Source: Balanoglossus misakiensis
Taxonomy: Eukaryota; Animalia; Hemichordata
Length of the DNA stretch: 64,000 nt
Assembly: GCA_040954595.2 (NCBI GenBank)
Contig: CM082580.2
Span: forward strand, 7,232,390-7,296,389
Direction: 5' to 3'
Shown piece by piece: positions 52,248 to 64,000 of this stretch. The notes beneath the pieces are model-generated. The model was not told the DNA's origin. It saw only the letters and a program-made list of their open reading frames with translations, and made no database searches. Both the position numbers and the translations under genes were made by a program. The stretch's first letter is position 1. The number at the start of each line of letters is the position of its first letter.

Positions 52248-53507
52248 ATGTCGGACGTTCACCTGGGCGGTCGTCTTGGAAACGAGACTGCAGAAGATCA
52301 CCATAATGAAAGCTTTCGTAATATAAGTGACTATCAAGTTTATGATTATGACGAGGTTTTCGGTTTGTGGCTGGTCGCGACTTGCATGGTCGTACTCATA
52401 GCGGTGTTCTTCATTGCGACGTCTTACAACCTTCTGATTGTTACGACGTTGTGCAAGCGCCGATCGAAGCTCACAACAGTTCAACACCTGGCGTTGATCT
52501 TGTCGTGTACTCATCTGATCACGTCGGTCGTCTGCGTTCCCATGACGATGGTCGGAATCATGTTCCCCGTCGTTATTCAGAAGAGTTTCTGTTTAGTTCA
52601 CGAAGGAACTTCTTTCACGATCCTGTTGATGACCGTCTTCATGGCGGCATTGATAAGTGTCGATCGCCACGACCTCGTCGTGAGATACAACAATCGTTTC
52701 TTCAACGGTCGAAAAATTGTATCGCTGGCAATTTCGCTGTATGGCGTTTCTGTGGTAATGACCATAGCGCCTACCGCGGCTCACCTGATAACAAAGAATT
52801 TAGATTCCCATGGCTGTCACCTATGGACAAAACATGTTGACGAATACATCTGGTGTTCAGCCGGTTGTCTCGGTGTAGCCACGCTGCTGTCGCTCGCCGT
52901 TTTATCAGTCTGCTACTACGACATCGTGAGAAGGACCATCACCCACGAGAAGCGAACGAGGGTGACGCTGGGCGCTGCAAATCTTATCGCAAAGTCCCAG
53001 CGACCGCCCGCCCCTCGATTTACCAACCCCCCAGGTGGTCTGTTGGACTCGGGATCTCGCTGGGACTCCAGTGCTCAGAACCCTCCGACCAGCGGCCACG
53101 ACCGCATCCAGTCTGTCTCTGATTCGGTCGCAGATCAGCCAGATCACGGACAGTTTCTTGTTTCTGCAGATTCAAAGAAGACACTTCGAAGGACCCGCAG
53201 CTGCGCCGAGACGGTTCAAAGCCGAGCCGTTTTGGAAGAAACTTTACAATTCCAACAGACACAGACTGGGGTATCGAATTCAAAGGGAGAATCGTCGAGG
53301 GCACTCGACCCCTCGGGGAGGAGGGTGGCAACTGAACTGGGACTGACAGGCCGGGTAATGTTCCACAGGAAGGCAATGAAAGCGGCTTTCGTCATACTAC
53401 TGACAACGTTCCTGGTTCTGATGCAGTGGTTTGTAGTGAATGTTCTCGTTGCAGCAAATGTACCAAAAGGTAAGCACAAAACATCAAACATCAGCCAATT
53501 GAGCACG

Positions 53508-53593
<86 letters not shown>

Positions 53594-53845
53594 ATTGTTA
53601 TAGGAATTCCATCGGATCTGAGAATACTGTCTATGGTATTATCCTACTTGCCGTCAGCCTTAGATCCTTTCATCTATGCGCCGACCATACCGATATTAAA
53701 GCAGAAAAGAAGACAGCTCCTGATGAAAGTTTTTGGAGGTAGATGCTTCACGGCAGTTGAAGACAGTGGAGGACGAGACCAGACCGGCCACAGCAATTTA
53801 CAACAGCATAGGATACATGATGAAGAAGTACACTTAACCCGTTGA
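52248..53845 (+). CDS. Orphan rhodopsin-like (class A) GPCR, copy 2. Exons: 52248-53469, 53604-53845
   Basis: Paralogue of copy 1 with the same DRH and DPFIY motifs and the same phase-1 intron position after ANVPK. Confidence 0.88.
53509..53592. repeat. (GAT)n microsatellite filling most of the 134-nt GPCR copy 2 intron
   Basis: Seen directly. It reads (GAU)n in the transcript. Confidence 0.95.
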
Positions 53846-54619
53846 ATGTCTAAAAAATCCTCGGACAATACATGTACTCTGTCATAGCAGCTTCCTGAAT
53901 GTTCATATAATTTAATCGAGATGCAAAGTTCTAAGGCAGGCGCAACATATTCGCTTCGGTACACAGAACTTTCTAATGAGTATCGTCCTTTTAGGTGTTT
54001 ACGATCTGCAGGTAGAAAATCCTAGAGCTGGTACGCTAAGTTTTTCAAAAGGTCATTTCAAGCCATGCCATCTGGGCCTACCTTCTATTTGAGAGAAGTC
54101 AAACATTTTTTGACACTAAAAAATACTTGTTACAATTATTCCTTAATCTCCGGGCACTTAGAAGAACTGTCTTGGTGTTGTTGCGTGTTAATTGTCTTGT
54201 TTGTCTTCTCTATTTCTAGCATTGTATTTTGTTGGTGTCAGGCCTATGTACATGTAATTCGTCACTTCACGAGAAATTAAGGAGAATTCTTGTATAATTG
54301 TAAGATATGTACTGATATATACCTATTGTCATGGTGTGAACACGTCACTGTAATATAATTGAATAAAAACACTACCACGGTATCAAAGCCCAGCTTCTTG
54401 CCCCCCCCCCCCCCCCCCCGCCATAAGTTGTGACTTCCCTAGCCTCGAACTGAGATCTGGGTAAAACAATATGGCGTCGCCCACAGACCACGAGCAATGA
54501 CAGCGCTCAGGCAACTGAATATTATTTAGTTGTCTGAGAGTGACTCAGAGAAATAAAACTAATCAGAGATAAGCGATCAAGAAATATTTGTACTTCCGTA
54601 CTACTTAATCCATTAGATC

Positions 54620-57600
54620 ATGTCGGAAGGAGGTAAGTGCACGCGCATTTTGTCTGAGAATTACGTGTGTCTATTGCTTTGTTTATGTGTGGCGCGACGC
54701 GATCGCATCGACATGATCGGCATAATATAAACAAATAATGCCAGATACACACAGCTTGTCATCTAGTGCTAACCAATGTCGAGGTCCTCTCCTCGGACAC
54801 GAACTCCACGTCGAAACATATTATTCGATCAGTAACAAGAGTAGTAAACGCTAGAGGTTGACGTGCAGAGAGAGGTTCGTGCCATGAAGAATGACCTTGA
54901 ACTTACCCCATGTTTACAAATACATACCCCGCCTGTATGTGTTGTGATTGCTCTAATCGGGCGATCGAGGGCACCACCCCGACTGATATCAATCGATCGA
55001 TCGATCAATCAATCAATCAATGCATGCAATTTGTGAACACATCACACCTCTCTTGTACGTTAGTGGATAGAGGGATTCCAGCCCACAAGGATCCTTGCTG
55101 ATGCGGCAGATGAGCTTTAGTTGAATGAAAGGCTTAGACCACAAATCCAGTCAGAGGATAAGTAAATTTGCATCGCTCTGTTTTTTTTTGTCAACAGATG
55201 GCGACCAGTCTGTACCAGTGCATCACGTTCAAGAACCTGCACCTGGCTCGCCGGCAGCTCAACAAAGCCTGTCGCCAGATGCAAAGTCAGAGAGCAGCCA
55301 ATCAGGACCCATACAGATAGTCTGCCACGATCAGTCGCCTTCGATTGGAAACGATTCGCCCGCGGTAGATTCTGTCGTCAGCGCGACGGAACCCGCAGAT
55401 GTCCGGGGCTCGCCTTTCGTCCTGGATCGGAATCCTTCGCCGCCAACGGTCGGATCAGATCAAGTTGAAGAGCACGGCGATGTCATTGGAGACACTGTGT
55501 TCAGCAAGCACTGGGTCTTCACTACGTTAATGAGGCTCATCAAGGTGAAGAAACTTTTGTTGTGGGACTGAGGGAATTAGTCAGTTCGTAGAGGATTGTA
55601 GTTTTATGATACACTTTTGTTTTTTAACATTATCATATAGTGTCCTATGTAGAGGCGACTTGAAAAAAGTCTTCAGTGTGCCCTCTAACAAACATAATAT
55701 TTAAAAGCTTCGAGCCATATTTAGGATTTCTAAAAATTTCTCTTCAGGAGTCAGCCCCATACCTTTGCATGTATTGAGGATAATTTTCTTGAGTCACCAG
55801 TGAGTTTGTGGAGTCAGTGGCATGTCCAATGGGCTTACAGGGCATACTGGTGTTCTTTATAGGCATGTTCCCAGATTAGACAGTTGAGTTTCATAAATGC
55901 ACTTCCGGCGTCAATTTCAAGTAGGTGACGCCGTTATTCTTGTTTTGTACATCATTGGATGTAGGAAGGAGAGAAAGAAGATGGAGACGAGAAAGAGGAT
56001 GAATCTGGAGCACCTGCGGAAGATAATCCCCAAAAGAAACAGGCGGATAATTGTGAGGATAAACCAAGTACAGGTAGTCGTGGTGATGCCACTCCTGAGG
56101 AACTCGACAAAGAGCTGGAAAACGAACTCTGTAAATTATGGGATATGTCGATGAATAAGGTTTGTTGTGATTTCTTTTCTCACAGATGTCATAGCAACGC
56201 AGTTGGCGATCTCTGATCACAGTTGATGATTGGTTTCTGTAGCTGTTCCTGAGATTGGAGTGTGTGTGAGTGTGTGGGCAGTTTGTGAAAATAAACGCTA
56301 CATAGATTGAGCGATGCTGTGATGTCAGGAGTGTGGCTAAAATTCATTTAACTGTTTTATATTGGTATTGCAGGATGTTGCTCTGTTTCTCCATCAATGG
56401 AAAATGGTTTCGATATTGATCAGAGTTATCAAGACAACAAATGCACCCAGGGCAACGGTGAGTACAACTGGAATTCAAATCTCGATATTGTCATAGTGTA
56501 TGCGCCAGCTGAAAGGAAAGTGTGGTCTTGTAATATCATACACACCGTACAATGTGGTATGGTATGGAAGTGTCAAGTCAGTATAGGTATATGCCACTAC
56601 ATACACATATTCTTTGTAAGGCAAACATACAAATATAATTGCATTGTTTTGACGAATTTCTCACAGGAGATCTGCGTCGGAATTCTGGCAAACATGGCTT
56701 GTAATGAAGAGAATGTTGTTGACATGAGTGAACAAGACGAGCTGATGTAAGTATCCTGTTAACATGAACCACTTTTGCAGTGTCCTGCTTTCTATAGTTG
56801 CAAGCGTCCAAAACACACAATAAATAAACACTTCTGTAGGGCATAGCTTCAACGTGAGGAGAGTGGTCTTGATGTGAAATTTCATTTTTTTTATCCTCAA
56901 TTATAATATAAGATGTTCACAACTATGTTGCAGGAAACTGCACGAGTGAAGAAACTTTAAGGTTAACATTTTATGCCGTATTTTCGTTTCCATAGCACCG
57001 TTGTTTTGGCGCTTCTCGAGTGCACCGACCCTCCGACGTTGATCGAGACCACCCGACTGATTTATACATGCGTGTGCAACGTACAGTCGTCGAAACACTG
57101 GATAACGGCACTGAAGAGCAACCCTTCCATACCGACCACCATCTGTTTCATTTTGCAGAGTTCCACAAATAGTAAGTGTACAATCTCTTCTTGAGTGAAG
57201 ACATCATGCCTCCTGAACACAGGCTATGATCGCCGCCATCTTGTCTGTTAGGACAGCACACTGTCTTATAGCTACAATTTTTGTAACCAGAGTCTCTGGT
57301 TTGGCACATGTGCATAAGGCGATCGTTGCCCTTTAATTGCATCACACCGCTCTCCACACAGATGACCTGATCCACAATGTGTCCGATTTACTGGACAAAC
57401 TTCTCGATATGGATGACGAGCTGGTGTCCATGTGGTCGTCCTCCGATCTGGTGATTGCAGTATGCGAGGCAATTCAGCAAGTCAGGTAGCCGATTTCTAC
57501 TACACACATCCGATGAATTATCCAGACAGCAAACTACCCGACCAGGGGTGCTTGAAAGTTGAGTCGTCATGTATGATGTCTCCATTTGAGCTGTCTTGAC

Positions 57601-58879
57601 AGCGTTCAAAAGTGTTTATCTGGTGTTTCAAGATTTCCTGCACTCTTTCTTCTGTCGTTTTAGAGGAGAAAAACCAACAGCTCTGGAATTCTTGCTTCAC
57701 ATTTTGCAGCTGTTGTCGACGAATGAAAAGGGAGCAGCAGCTCTTGGTGAGAATATTCTTAAAATCTGTTCGTATTCGGTTCCTCTGTCGGCGTAAGTCT
57801 AGAATCATCTTCCGCATGTTGGATTTTAAAACCAGATTGCGAGTGCACCAAATGGAGTGAAAACTGACATTGCATCTCCTGTGAAGTCTTGACCATTATT
57901 AACAAACTTCATGGCGTTTACGTATATTGTAATATTTCAATATTGCAGTGGAGAATGGCAGTACTGTGTTCCAGCTGCTAGCCGATTTCCTTCAGACGAT
58001 TTGCAGCGAAGAAACTATCACTTTGGTCGGACGGGAGATAGAACTGGCAGCCACGGTGTCTTTGCTTGATGTTCTGACCACGTCAAACGACAGTGATGTT
58101 GTGTGTCTTGAAAAGGGTAAGAATCTTTTTTGAGTTTCATGTACATTCTTTCACTCAGTGGTAAACTTCTTTTGTATAGTTTGCAAAATTCAGTCTATTT
58201 CAACAAGAACCACACTGCCAAATGCAAAAGTATGATATTGAAATCTTTAAGAAATCTGTTTGGTTTTGCCAAACAGACAGCCGAGTCACAAGATGCTTGC
58301 TGGACATTGTCCACATCCTGAGACCACAGCTGCGTCACAGACGGAAATCAACGCTGTCGGCAGAAGAGGAACAAGAGAACATCAGGAAAGGGACCATGCT
58401 GCAGAATGTGATCATTAATTACATGGGAAGTGTGCTCAAGTCTGAGGTACAATTTTAACCCTTTCACCCCCAGTTCCCTCTTTAGAGGTCCAACTTCACC
58501 ACAGCAAACAATGGGTTTGGACTGAACCATGGTGGTGAAAGGGTGAAGTCGCGCAAAATTGATGACACTTCAAGTTGATGATGCCGAGACATCTTGTACC
58601 TCAAAGAACTCGACAAAGGGCTTTTGAAAATATCGCGGACAGCAAGCAAGAATATAGTCGAAGCTGATAAGTAACTGATAGGGTGCAGCTGATATTGCCA
58701 CGCCATCTTGTACAGCCTGAACAATATTTCCTTTTCTGTTTGCGTTCCAGGTCGGAAGTCGGATAGTCTGCAAGCAGTTGAAGAGGTGTAATGAACTAAA
58801 AGTGAAATCATTGAAATACGCTCTTGAGAAGCACAACGTAGGGAAAGACATTATACAAACATTGGAATGGGAAATTTAG
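54620..58879 (+). CDS. SAAL1: Protein SAAL1. Exons: 54620-54632, 55198-55544, 55965-56159, 56374-56457, 56667-56746, 56996-57171, 57362-57485, 57664-57746, 57949-58116, 58277-58446, 58751-58879 (last exon less certain)
   Basis: [65 protein letters not shown] and [10 protein letters not shown] match vertebrate SAAL1. Confidence 0.92.
58455..58547 (+). mobile_element. ~90-bp TTAA/piggyBac-type MITE, copy 5
   Basis: TTAACCCTTTCACC...GGTGAAAGGGTGAA, with TIR CCCTTTCACC/GGTGAAAGGG. Confidence 0.75.
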
Positions 58880-59585
58880 ATTTGAATCAAGAGCGTACAA
58901 AACGGAACTCGAATTGAATTTAGACTGCCATGTACGGGAATGGATTTCAAATCAGAAAAAGAAATGAATGAGGCACTTTTTTTAGAGAAATGATGTTGAA
59001 TGATAATTTTTCGAAAAGCAGCACCATCCACCTGAAGTGGTGTTAGGTAGAATTCCGAGACAACGAAAGACATTTGTGCATCTTTCAAGATATGAATTTC
59101 GAAAGCAGGAACTGTTCAGACTGAATGTCACCCAGGTGGTTCATATCTTTGTATGCAAAATATATTCCAGTGTAAAAAAAGTGCACAAAATCCACAGAAC
59201 ACAGACTTTGATACCTATATTTTTTACACTGGAAACATTCCATTATCTCAATAATTTTTTCTCGGTAGGGATATTCATAATTCGCAGGAACATTTTTACA
59301 ACTCTAATTTTGCCCAGAAAACCGATGTTCCTTCCAATGCTTAACGCCTTAGTGGGAAACACTGTCTGGCACTGGACAATCTCACTGCACATGTAATGTA
59401 ATCTTAATGTAATTTTAGTGTTTTCTCTGTCGGTGACCAATAAGGGTGAAAAAATGTACTGCCCCCTACTTGATCATGATGTGTTCTGATGTACGGGAAA
59501 AAATGAATGTACAGTTTCAGTAATGCCAATAAAGCATTGTTTTTAAAATACGGAGTGTCAATTGTTAATTTGATAAAATGGATAA

Positions 59586-61351
59586 TCATACGTTTGTGGG
59601 ATGATCTGGTAGTTCTTGAGAAGTAATCGGTTTGGTTGAACCACAACCAGTAGGAGTTTCTGTCCGTTTGACAAATTTCGCTTGAACAAATACTCGAGGC
59701 ACGCACAGGCCTTCCTTCTTGTTGACTGTTTCTCTGAGGACATACTCATTGGTGACCACATCGAAGCCAGCTGTTGTGAAAAGTTCACCGAGAATTTCTG
59801 CAAAAAAGTGAAAAAGAAAAAATCTAGGGATTATCATGAATGTATTGGTCATGGTTCATTGTCCTCTTTAGAAAATATTCGCAAGATTGTCTAAGTTATA
59901 AATTGGACATGAAAAAAACTGACAGGAACATCAGACTGTACACTATTGCAACACTGATATGAGACATGTAATTGCTATTTGTGAAGAAATTTTTCCCCCC
60001 ACACGAGCCTGCCAACAAGTGCAGACACAACGCTTAATGAACCCAAAATAGTTTCAATTTCTTCTGTGTTATATAAATCTCTCTCTTCAAATAATTCTAT
60101 AAGAACCAAATTCTGTTTGACACTGTCACGACGTACCTTCAGAGAAATAGTAAGCTCTGGTCCCGTCTTGTCGGACATAGAAATTGTCACCGAGTTTATG
60201 CCCCTTTGAAAACCTCAACATTGCATGGTCGTACAAACCATAATCACGGAATAGGACCACACCGCCCGGTTTCAAAACCTGAAATGAAAAAATCACAATA
60301 TGTAGATGAAAGTTGACACACCAAATGTAATTACTGGTAGAAGTAAATTTGCAATAATACTATACTCTGTTATAAAATAATAGTTTAATGACTTACAGAG
60401 TGAACATTCTGAACAGCGTTTATCATTTTCTGTGGATGAATGGCTGACAGCACAAACACCATGGTTACGATGTCTACATCACACTCCGGGATGCTCGTCT
60501 GCAATGCATCTTGGGTAAGGTCACACTGGAATGCGTGAATTCTGGTGCAATCGTATTGGTGGTTATCCTATACATGATAGATGAAATTTTAAGGGAATAA
60601 AAACAGATATCACTGATCAGGAATGGAATCTGACCATATCAACAAACAAAAAACCCACACATTTTACTATTGCAGATTGCCACCCCCCTTCCAAAAATAA
60701 TGATTGAAACTGTTACAGGTTACACTGAAAAACAGACCTATACTCATGGAAATGATTGGGTTCTGGGTTACCACACTCACTGAACTTTTCTGAAAATCTT
60801 AAATTCTCCTACCTTAACAAACTGTACAGCCCTTGGTGAGAAGTCACAAGCATGAATAAATAAACCGGGGCTTTCTTCAAGGAGCGGGAACAGAAAATTC
60901 CCAACACCGCATCCAACTTCCAATAATATCTTCTTATCCGAACTCTGTAATGCCAAAAGATTTACTCAACAACTTTCCTTCCCAATCATGGACAATCTAG
61001 TCTTGCTGAATGCATTGCCTCTTAATGGGTGTATAAAACTATACATGTTGAAATTGAAAGAGTCATTGTGGGCAATTGGAAGCTTACACAGTTAGTTATA
61101 AGTTCTTCAAATTCTCTGGTAGTCCAGTGCCTGTCCTTGTAGAAGTTGGTTGAATTTCTCTTGTAAAACAAGTCCCAGTTTTTCTTCGCTTCTTTTTCCA
61201 GCTTGTTCTGCTTGAACTCGGAAACAAGAACATTGTCGTCTCCTAGTTTATTCTCTTCCTCATCTGTCAGAGTTCTTGCATGGTGTCCTTTCTTCTGGTT
61301 TGGTGCCCAGGGCCGATTGTCTGTTTGATGAGTGCTACCTGTTTCTGCCAT
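59586..61351 (-). CDS. METTL6: tRNA N3-methylcytidine methyltransferase METTL6. Exons: 61351-61088, 60944-60813, 60567-60397, 60278-60137, 59797-59586
   Basis: [37 protein letters not shown] (SAM motif I), [42 protein letters not shown] and [15 protein letters not shown]. Confidence 0.95.
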
Positions 61352-61523
61352 CACACTTCATAATTTCTGAACAGAATTGGAAAAAGTTACAAATTTAAGA
61401 TATAATGAATCCTTATCCTTCAAATGTTATCTGACCACTATTGATTGAACCACAGGGAACAGAGGAATCTTGTTGATGATGGTGATGATAAAATGTGTCA
61501 TTCCTTGATGTAGTTTGTCGATG

Positions 61524-61575
61524 ACATCATCATCATCATCATCAATTCATCATCATCATCATCATCATCCCCACC

Positions 61576-61621
<46 letters not shown>

Positions 61622-61662
61622 CCATCATCCCCACCACCACCACCACCACCACCATCATCATC

Positions 61663-61751
<89 letters not shown>
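61524..61751. repeat. Compound (ATC)n/(CAC)n/(AAC)n microsatellite in the intron upstream of the first METTL6 coding exon
   Basis: Seen directly, with an internal duplication of an ATC-CCC-CAC block. Confidence 0.95.
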
Positions 61752-63049
61752 AATTCCTCTGTTCCCTCAACCAAACCAAAAGTTGCCTGAGTGGCTAGTA
61801 CATGTATACTATCACTTGGAGCAAATTTCCTCTTCCACCATGCAACTGAGGAACTGTCGTTTGTACTCCGTACTTTCAAAGGAAGTACCGTACTTTCATA
61901 GGAAGTAATTGGAACACAAATACACGTGGAAAACCCACCACCATCATACCTTGCCTTGGTTTGCTGACAGCAGTTCACAGCGCCACCACACGGTGCTGAA
62001 GTTATTCTCGTTTTCGTATTCGTATTCGGGTTCATTCTCGTATTCGTTTTCGTATTGGAGTCACTGACAGAAGCGAGGTATTTTTAGCCCCCGATTCCAC
62101 CAGGAAACAGAAATTTACAGGGTGTATACAAATTTGCGTACATTCATTGTATGTTAAAATAACTGTACATGTCGGGGATTCTGCAATTTTGAAATAAAAG
62201 CCTTCTTTTGACGTTTTGGAAGGAAAAGGTGTTTTTCCCCGAATTGGAGGAAAGAACCCCAAAACAAACTTTGAGATTTTCATTTTCGTATTCGTATTCG
62301 TATTCGCCTAGCGCCTTACCATGTGGACCAAGGGTACGGGCACTTGAGAAGTGCTGTAATTATTACTTTCAGAGGACATTTCTGCTGATCGGATGGCCTA
62401 GATCTGGAAATTCTACCTGTTTCAAGTGTTTGATTCCTACAGATATGCCAGGTACTTTATTGAACGTTCATATCATATGCAAACATAATGACCATCTCTC
62501 ACTCACAGTGACAGTGACAGTCTCACTCTTCTCTCTCCCTCTCTTTTAAGCAGATTTTTTAAAGCCAAAGATTGAATAGAATTTTATCTCTTTATAGGAC
62601 AGCTGGCTGTAAAGGACACCTGTTGATGCTCTTATGGTAATACTGAAGGATTCAAAGATCTAGGGAATAGTTGCTGTCAGGAAGATTTGTAAAATCACAG
62701 AATATTGAACACTTTCTAACCTCCTTTGAAAAAGAAAGAAAATGAGCCCATGTAGGTGATGCCACAGATGTGAAAATTATCACAAGTTGAGTTTAAAATG
62801 TGACAACAAATCCAAATATACGCCAAATTTCTCCAAAATTTCAAAACCTAAGAGACATTGGCTCTAGCTTGGATTATGTTATCCACACCACTAGTAATAT
62901 TTTGTCTACATGAAATGATGATTATCTACTGTATCTTTCTGTGAAAATGTTTCATGTGTATCAAAAATGCATTATTATTATTGTATAAATTCTGAATAAC
63001 GTGATGCTTACTACTACTATTATTATTGTTCATTATTCAATGTCATCCT

Positions 63050-63893
63050 TAGATCAGCAACATTTCCAAATGCTTGGAAGAAGGCATATTTGGTCCCTGC
63101 ATTCAAATCAGGTGATACAAGTGATCCATCAAATTTATAGAGGAATTTCTATAAGTAGTTGTCTTGCAAAACTATTTACCTATGTGTTGAATAGCAGGCT
63201 TATGAATTTTCTTGATAGTAATGGTATTCTTTCGCCATTTCAGTCTGGTATTGAACTCGTATAGTGGGAGGGATATATGGACTTCTATTTGCAATATCAA
63301 TTCCACAGTTAAACATGTATATGATAGTTTATGCGAAACTTATGAACAAACTTGGCTGAGAAATATACATAATGATACAAGAAAATGTGGAATACAGAAG
63401 AACAAGCTCCGAACTTATAGACTATTTAAGACAAGCTTTAAATTTGAAAGTTATTTGTTAGATATAAGATCTTTTACTAAAAGGAAGTGGATAACAAACT
63501 TAGAATTTCTGATCATAACCTTTAAATAGAATTGGGTAGGTCAATGCCAATAGTTCCACTAAATGAAAGATTCTGCAAACAATGCGAGTCTTTAGTTGAG
63601 GACGAATTTCACTTTGTTATAGAATATCCAAAATATAGCGCTTATAGAGACATTCTATTTTTATCCACAAGTTTATATAATCCTGGCTTTCTTGATTTAA
63701 ATGAAAGAGAAAAGTTCATGTATTTTTTTACTCACAAAGATAAACTTCCTCTTGTGAAATTTATATCTATATATTTTAATTTATATATTTATATTTATAT
63801 CCACCCCCAGCAGCAGCTTCGTCCAGTTGTGTAAATTTTGCCTTACCGCACTCCCTGAGTGTGTTGTTGTGCAATAAAGTTATTATTATTGTT
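63050..63893 (+). mobile_element. Internally deleted, decayed non-LTR retrotransposon (RTEX-like ORF2)
   Basis: RT N-terminus FPNAWKKAYLVPAFKSGD..YRGISISSCLAKLFT..LNSRL..FQSG is fused directly to the C-terminus KLRTYRLFK..ELGR..ERFCKQC..VEDEFHF. It has stops and frameshifts and ends in AATAAA plus a (TTA)n tail. Confidence 0.8.
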
Positions 63894-64000
63894 GAAATTT
63901 GCATTGTCAAAATTTCACTGTTCAAATCATAGTTTAATTATTGAAACTAGAAGACATACATGTACCCACCTCGATATACATAGAATTTGTCCTTTTTGCG

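Noticed and set aside
52248-53845. Opsin identity for the GPCRs
   Set aside because: Position 7.43 is Tyr, not the retinal-binding Lys.
58575-58670. Extra SAAL1 exon
   Set aside because: Weak acceptor and an in-frame stop. Splicing 58446 to 58751 gives a clean in-phase terminal exon.
61498-62035. Poly-Q/H/V/L/C ORFs
   Set aside because: Translations of a compound intronic microsatellite.

Overview
This is intron-rich, AT-rich animal genomic DNA. An invertebrate deuterostome such as a hemichordate or echinoderm is plausible, but that is inference only. No prokaryotic features, CRISPR arrays, rRNA or tRNA genes were seen. Spliced genes were reconstructed by eye from GT-AG junctions and reading frame. 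In order they are: SLC38A11-like amino-acid transporter (+), a secreted collagen/C1q-domain protein (+), RIF1 (-, about 32 coding exons including one 3.6-kb exon), two tandem CBR1-like carbonyl reductases (-), a head-to-head pair of orphan class-A GPCR paralogues, SAAL1 (+) and METTL6 (-). Repeats include a decayed Penelope-like RT, an internally deleted RTEX-like LINE, a roughly 90-bp TTAA/piggyBac-type MITE family (5 copies), hairpin MITEs with 9-bp TSDs and many ATC/GAT microsatellites. I cannot demonstrate a new multi-gene system. The strongest leads are: (1) the GPCR pair, with non-canonical motifs and a shared intron whose microsatellite is flipped at a palindrome; (2) both CBR paralogues lacking the catalytic Ser; (3) AT-hooks and an extra PP1-docking motif in RIF1; (4) recurrent GAU-repeat tracts next to weak 3' splice sites.
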